Shown: one piece after another, positions 58,362 to 64,000 of the stretch
Layout: every line of letters starts with the position of its first letter
How positions within the stretch are numbered: the stretch's first letter is position 1
NCBI RefSeq assembly: GCF_009914755.1
Contig: NC_060925.1
DNA: 64,000 nucleotides
From: the human T2T-CHM13v2.0 reference genome, Homo sapiens
Strand: one strand, 5' to 3'
The notes under the pieces: generated by a model
Databases searched by the model: none
What the model was told of the DNA's origin: nothing
The model's input: the letters and a program-made list of their open reading frames with translations, nothing else
Translations under genes and position numbers: made by a program

Positions 58362-59689
58362 GTTGATGAGGAAGTAGGAATCCAGGGAGACTTCCTAGTG
58401 ATAATGACACCTGACCTCAAAATCCCAGAGAGGATGGTGGCTGGGGTTTTCACAGAAGGAGATGGATGCTGATGGTCATTCCAAAGATATCAATCAACAA
58501 CTTTCTTCAGTCTTTTATCTTCAGTGCATTTATCACTCCATTTAAATTTTCCAGAATTGGTAAAACTTCTATGGGTCTTAATTTAAATATGATAAGCAAT
58601 AACTTGTTACATTTGACTTAGGAAAACTGCATGATCCAGTGGTGACAAACCACAGGTCTGGGGATAGGCAGACCTGGGGTTGAGTTCTGCCACTACCACT
58701 TGCCAGCTGTGGGCACATCACTCACCCTGTCAGGTCCATGCCCACCTCACAGGGATGTTACTAGAAATAACATGAGGCAATTGAAGCATCTGGCACCTAA
58801 TAACATTCTGTTCTTCCCCTAGGATCCTGTGACCACATCACAAACATCCCCCAGTTCCACGGGTGACTGTTTATCGTAACCCCACAGCCTTCCTTCAACC
58901 CAGCTGCTACCATCTCTCACCTGTACTATGTGATAGCCTCTGGACTTTTGTCCCCACTTCCTGCCTCATTCCGCTTTGGTCTGTTTTTCACAAAGCAGCC
59001 AAAAATGCTTGAAAATGCGTGGTGCTCATGCCTTTCCTCTGCTTCACACCCTCCCACGATTCTCCCTTGACCTCTGATAAAGTCGAAACTTTAGAACAGC
59101 TTTCATGGCCTTAATTGTTCAGCCCCTGCTCCCCTTTCAGCCTGGTCTGCCTCCCGCTACCCCATTCCACTCCATGCTCATGTTTGTCCACAGACTTCTG
59201 CCTGGAACACCATCCCTGCTGCACACCTCTTCTGCATGCTAATGCCTCTCCCTTCTCAGTGCTTCCTGGAGGAAGCCCTATGCTTTGATGCTTCTTCCAG
59301 GAAGCAACCCATGATTTCTGACCACCACAACCACGCCAAGCAACACTGGATTCAGTGCTCCCTCTCTGTCCTTCCTACCTTCTGTTTTTTCCCCATTTAT
59401 CACAGTCTGTTACAATCTACTTCTCCGTATCCATCACTAGATAGTCATTTCTTAGGAATAGCTTTTGAAGCTTTTATCCCATATCTGACCTATTTTGAAT
59501 GAATGAATAATCTCACAATGAATGAGTGGCAGGGATGAGATTAAAACTCAGGTCAATCTGATCCCCAAACGTATGGGTTCCCATCATCCCAGTTGAAACC
59601 TAACTAAAAACTGAAGTAGTGCCATCCCCCCTCCACTGCCCCATACCCCCAATGGGTCTGCTCCCACCAGCCCCCCACCCTGCCCCCCA

Positions 59690-59690
<1 letters not shown>

Positions 59691-59738
<48 letters not shown>
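59691..59738. repeat. (CA)24 microsatellite
   Basis: 48 nt of perfect CA. Confidence 0.98.
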
Positions 59739-59739
<1 letters not shown>

Positions 59740-60671
59740 CCCTAGCTTAGGGTCCCTCTATTTGGCATGGACTCATTTTCTGCCAGGAATGCATATCTTC
59801 CTTGCAGGCTGAGGCACTATATGGACTGTACTAAAAACACTCAACCCACTGATTCTGGTGAAATTATTTTGGAGTGACAGGGATAGGCAGGGGCTTTCCT
59901 GGGCTCAGGACTCTAGCTGGGGAGTGGCAAAAGCCACAGTGCAACTCAACTCAGGAGAAAATAAATGCCTGGAAATTTGAGCCAGCTGTTTTTTTCTTAC
60001 TCACCAAAGTGCATTGAGTCAACCCTTAATCTTTTGTCAATATTTGCGGACTGAAAACACGACAAACCACCCCCTGTGCCGCTCAGAGTGTAGACACTGA
60101 CTGATGGGACCAGGTACAAAATCCCCTGGGACAAAACAGAACTTTCATAACTGGCTGTAGAGTTATTGTTTTTGCCTTTTGGAAGCTTCCACCTTGTGAC
60201 GGGAAGAGCACTGTCAGCCCAACACAGAAACTCTGCCGCCTGGAGTCACGTGGATCCAGATGCGAAGGGACTCCAACGTCATGCTAAGGAGTTTGGGTAA
60301 TAACAATGATAAAATGCACTTATTGAGGTAGTGTTTAATGTGTTTAATGTATCTTCTTTACACGTGTTTAATGTATCTTCTTTAATCCTGAAGGCTAAGA
60401 ATTTGTACAGCCATATTACAGATTTGGAAAATGATGTGAAGAGAAGCTAAGGGATTTGCCACTGCCACTCAGCTGCCAAGGATCAGAGGCAGGATTCTAG
60501 TCTGTCCCCTTTGTTCCATCACCCCTGCCTCCCCCTGGGCCCAGCCACCATCACCTCTCCTGGGGGGAGCTCCTAATTGTTCTCCCTTCTTCCTCTTGTG
60601 CGCTCCTCCAAACTATCTCCAGCCAAAGTGATCTTTAACAATGTAAATCCAGTTATATCACTCTTTCCATT

Positions 60672-61165
60672 GTAACAGACATTACTTCTACTTCTCAACG
60701 TCCATCCTCCAACCATTGTCCAGTGATTCAGGCAGAATTCCCTCCTGCTCAGGAGGTGAGTCGACCCAGTAGTGCCACTGGCTCTGCAACAGGAATTGGT
60801 TAGCAGGGCTTTGCATCTCCTTGGCCACAGACGTTGGGCAGGTGTGGAAAAAGGCCATCAGCTAGATGCTCAAGATTGAATTCTGAGATTGTGGGGGTGA
60901 TGCTCTTGCTCTCATCCCTGTCTGCAGGTAGCCATCCTGTGACCCTGGAAGAAACCAGCCCAAGGAAGGTGCTAACCTACAGAAGAAGGACATGGCCAGG
61001 GTAATCACATAGACCCGGAGTTGAAGCCCTGACTGCACCACACCCGAAGCCTCCCCACCTTTCAACCTCTCGGTGATGGTGAACCAATAAACTCTTTTTA
61101 TTGTTCAAGCCAGTGTGAGTTAGGTTCGCTATAATTTGCTGCAGAAAGTCTCCTGAGTGATTCAG
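60672..61165 (+). mobile_element. MLT1K/L-like MaLR LTR
   Basis: cccgaagcc..gaaccaataaactctttttattgttcaagccagtgtgagttagg..ctcctgagtgattca terminus. Confidence 0.6.
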
Positions 61166-61620
61166 ATGCCTGTTGGTGCTCCTGGAATTGCATCCAGATG
61201 CCCTACCTTAGTATTAAAGTCTCACTCAACTCTAAGGTCAATGAGTGGGGAGGGTGAGGGCTAGATTTTCATTGACCCTGGTGTTGCCAGCCCCTGCTGG
61301 ACATCAATCTGGCACAAAGCAGACAATGTTAATTTTTTTTTCCTTGAAGGAGTAAACCCAGGTCTCTCTCCAGTGTCTTATCAGCCTCCCAAAGGCGGGG
61401 AATCCCACTGGGGTCCCTGATCACCTTCCAGAGCCACCTCTCTGCAATCAGCTGCATTTTGCTAGAATCGGCCTTGCTGTCCACCTTCCCCATCAGCGTC
61501 CTCATGGAGACCACCATGAGGGAGGGGCCAGCGGGTCTGAACTTGAGGCTATGTCTAGCAGTGTGTCTGAGCTCCAGGTACCCAGGAGGGGGCCATGGCC
61601 GAGTGATGCCCAGGGCACAG

Positions 61621-61774
61621 GATGGTGCAAGCAAGATGTAAACAAGATGCAAACAAGATGGTGCAAGGAGATGCAAACAAGATGTTTGCAAGGAGATGTT
61701 TGCAACAAGATGTTTGCAAAGAGATGTTTGCAACAAGATGTTTGCAAGGAGATGCAAACGAGATGGTGCAAGGA
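61621..61774. repeat. Minisatellite, 12 variant units of 11-14 bp, each starting GATG
   Basis: Units gatggtgcaagga / gatgcaaacaa / gatgtttgcaagga / gatgtttgcaacaa. Confidence 0.97.
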
Positions 61775-62156
61775 GAGCCTCCAAAACAGCCTGGAATTCA
61801 CACAAGTAAATGGGAGGGGCCTCAGAGCCACTGTGATTTGGGCAGCAATAAGTATGACCAGCAGGGTGACCAGTGGACCATGAGAAACATCCACATGTGG
61901 GTCCAAAGAACATTGCATTCCTTTGTTTATCTAACCCACATCCTCCTTCGTGTCTTAGGGCCTTTGCACTGCCCTTTCCTTGGACTGATTACCCAGTTAC
62001 TCTACCTCATGACCAACCTCTGTCTTAATTCTCTGCAGAGTGCTTATCAATGGCTGATTGCATTTGTTTGCTTTTGTTTCTCTGTCCATGACAGCAAGGA
62101 CCTTGATTGTCTTATTTATCACTACTTCTCTCATATCAAAAATCCCTCCATAGTCC

Positions 62157-62460
62157 TGGCTCAGCAGCTCTTGCCTATAATCCCAGCACTTTGGGAGGCT
62201 GGGAAAGGAGGATTGCTTGAGGCTAGGAGTTTGAGACCAGCAACATAGCAAGACCCCATTAAAATAAAATAAAATAAAAATTAGCCAGGTGAGGTGATGT
62301 GTGTCTGTAGTCCCAGCTACTGAGTGGGGCTGGGGTGGGAAAACCACTAGAGCCTGGGAGGTTGAGGCTGCAGTAAGCCCTGATCACAACGCTGCATTCC
62401 AGCCTGGGTGACAAAGCGAGACCCTATCCCCCCCACCAACAAAAAACAAACAAAAATAAA
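62157..62460 (+). mobile_element. AluJ
   Basis: ggaggattgcttgaggctaggagtttgagacc; aggttgaggctgcagt; A-rich tail. Confidence 0.9.
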
Positions 62461-63454
62461 AACTCCCCCTATAAACACACATTAAATAAATGAACAGCCC
62501 TGCCCCCTCCCACTCAGAGGCCCACCCCCTTCAATTGCGAACTTGGTCCCATCAGTCAGGTACCATTCAGATGTGATCTCCACACAGGGGCCTCCACCTC
62601 CCTCATCCCGAGTAATCCCTCCTCCCCCAACTCACTTATTTCCTTCATGCCCTTTATGGCAATATAAAATTATCTCATGTATTTGTGTTTACTTGTTCGT
62701 TATCTGCTTTCTCCTGTGAATGTAAACTATATCTTTCCTTGTCCCAGGGGAGATCACTTCCAGACTTTAAGTAGGTGCTCAATAACCTTTTGTGGCCGGA
62801 ATAAACAGCAAGGGAGAAAATGAATCTCCAGGGCTCTGGAAACAGTGGGCATAAGAAGATAAAGAAAGAATCCTAGTTGATTTCAGAGTAATTCTGTGAG
62901 GTAAACAGGGTGGTTTTTTCTACCATGGCTGTTGAGAGATGAGGAAGGCAAAGTTTACAATGTTGTGACCTCATCAAAATAGCTTGTCTGGTGAAGTCCA
63001 CATTTGAACTTGAGTCTGATTCCTTTTCCAGTTCCTTTTCTTCTGAATCATGCAGCTTTCCTGTTCAAACTCATCTGCATAGATACTAAAAGTATCAGCA
63101 ATCTCCTCTCTGCAAATCGCTCCAAATTCTCGCAAGGTGGAGCCCGGCTGTTTGAGAAGCCATCACTGAATCTCCTGATGTGTTGACCCTCACAGTGCTG
63201 CAGTTATATCGCTTTCATGAGGCACCAGCAACCAATAGCAGCTTGGCATTGTAAAAGTTTCTCCGTGCCTTCATGCTACAGCCAGGCCTCTGGTTTCTCT
63301 CTTTCTCTCAATTATTACCTTAACCATGCCCTGGAGACCTAAGGAGCCGGTTTATTTTGACTGGGAGATTGTTAAACTGCAGGAGGCAAACCAGAGACAG
63401 TGCCAGGCTGTGATTTCCATTGCTCCACATGGCCAGGGGGTGCTGAGAATAGCC

Positions 63455-63630
63455 AAGGCCGCTTCCTGCTGGAGGAGGAAATGGCAGTTTCCTCAACTCC
63501 AGGAAACCTTACTTCCTCTCTGGTGCCTAGCTCCGTGTTAACCAATTAGACAGCTTCTTCCCACCCCAGACCCCAGAGACCTGGCCCAAGCCTGGAGAAG
63601 ACATCCTGTTTCCCCTGAGGAAGTGGCCCA
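63455..63630. promoter_or_regulatory. Candidate enhancer with a homotypic ETS site cluster
   Basis: Seven AGGA(A/T) cores, including GAGGAAGT at 63511 (-) and 63617 (+). Confidence 0.45.
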
Positions 63631-64000
63631 GATTGAAGGAGCCACTAGGGTATTTGAGGGGGGAGTGAGTAGGAAATAGGGCAGGAAGGGGCTGACAAGT
63701 AGTAATAACAGTGGTATCCAGTGTCCGCTAAGAACCGCGCCCCCACTGCCACCCCCACTGCTTTGTCCTGACCCTTGGAGATCTCAATAAACTTGGCAAA
63801 CTCTTACTGGCCTTTGGAGTCCAAAGTCTTCCCATGATCCCATCTCATCCTCAAGCTGGCTCCTCCATCCACCATCTCTCTTCTGTATACCATCCCAGTC
63901 CAAAAAACAATGCCGGCCCTTTCTTGGTTTCTACAGAAAACAGGCTCACACCACACATTCCAGGAGTTTAGAAACGTTGCTGAGCACTAAATGGGCACCA

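Noticed and set aside
61621-61774. Repeat array as CRISPR-like
   Set aside because: No unique spacers, units too short, primate context and no cas genes
61329-62248. Longest ORFs in the window (208, 194, 138 and 110 aa), overlapping on both strands
   Set aside because: They are open largely because the minisatellite has few stop codons; the peptides are frame-rotating repeats, one ends in an Alu, and I recognise no domain
62975-63165. Minus-strand acidic peptide-like stretch (EEIADTFSIYADEFEQES)
   Set aside because: No start codon ahead of the stretch, no clear splice sites, poly-A or TSD, and no recognised homologue; a tBLASTx hit would reopen it

Overview
This window is primate genomic DNA, very likely human. 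It holds about 15 Alu copies, old and primate L1 fragments, many MIR and L2 relics, MaLR/ERV LTRs and hAT/mariner fossils. I see no CpG island, no recognisable protein-coding exon and no rRNA or tRNA, so it reads as intergenic or deep-intronic. I could not identify the locus. Nearly all ORFs in the track are chance frames, or frames through Alu, L1, LTR or minisatellite sequence. Repeat subfamily names come from recalled consensus motifs, not a database search, and edges of old repeats are approximate. I found no convincing new multi-gene system. The items most worth a second look are small structural ones: (1) a MADE1 MITE at the centre of a 16-bp perfect host palindrome that overlaps a second hairpin (22468-22610); (2) a ~74-nt polyadenylated MER41-like LTR retrocopy with a TSD (14795-14904); (3) two composite retro-insertions, each bounded by one TSD (32955-34597, 47813-49180); (4) a forkhead-motif minisatellite with higher-order structure (61621-61774); (5) a 21-bp-arm hairpin (54830-54877); (6) a CpG-retaining promoter-like patch (36284-37060), candidate + strand lncRNA exons and several enhancer-like motif clusters.
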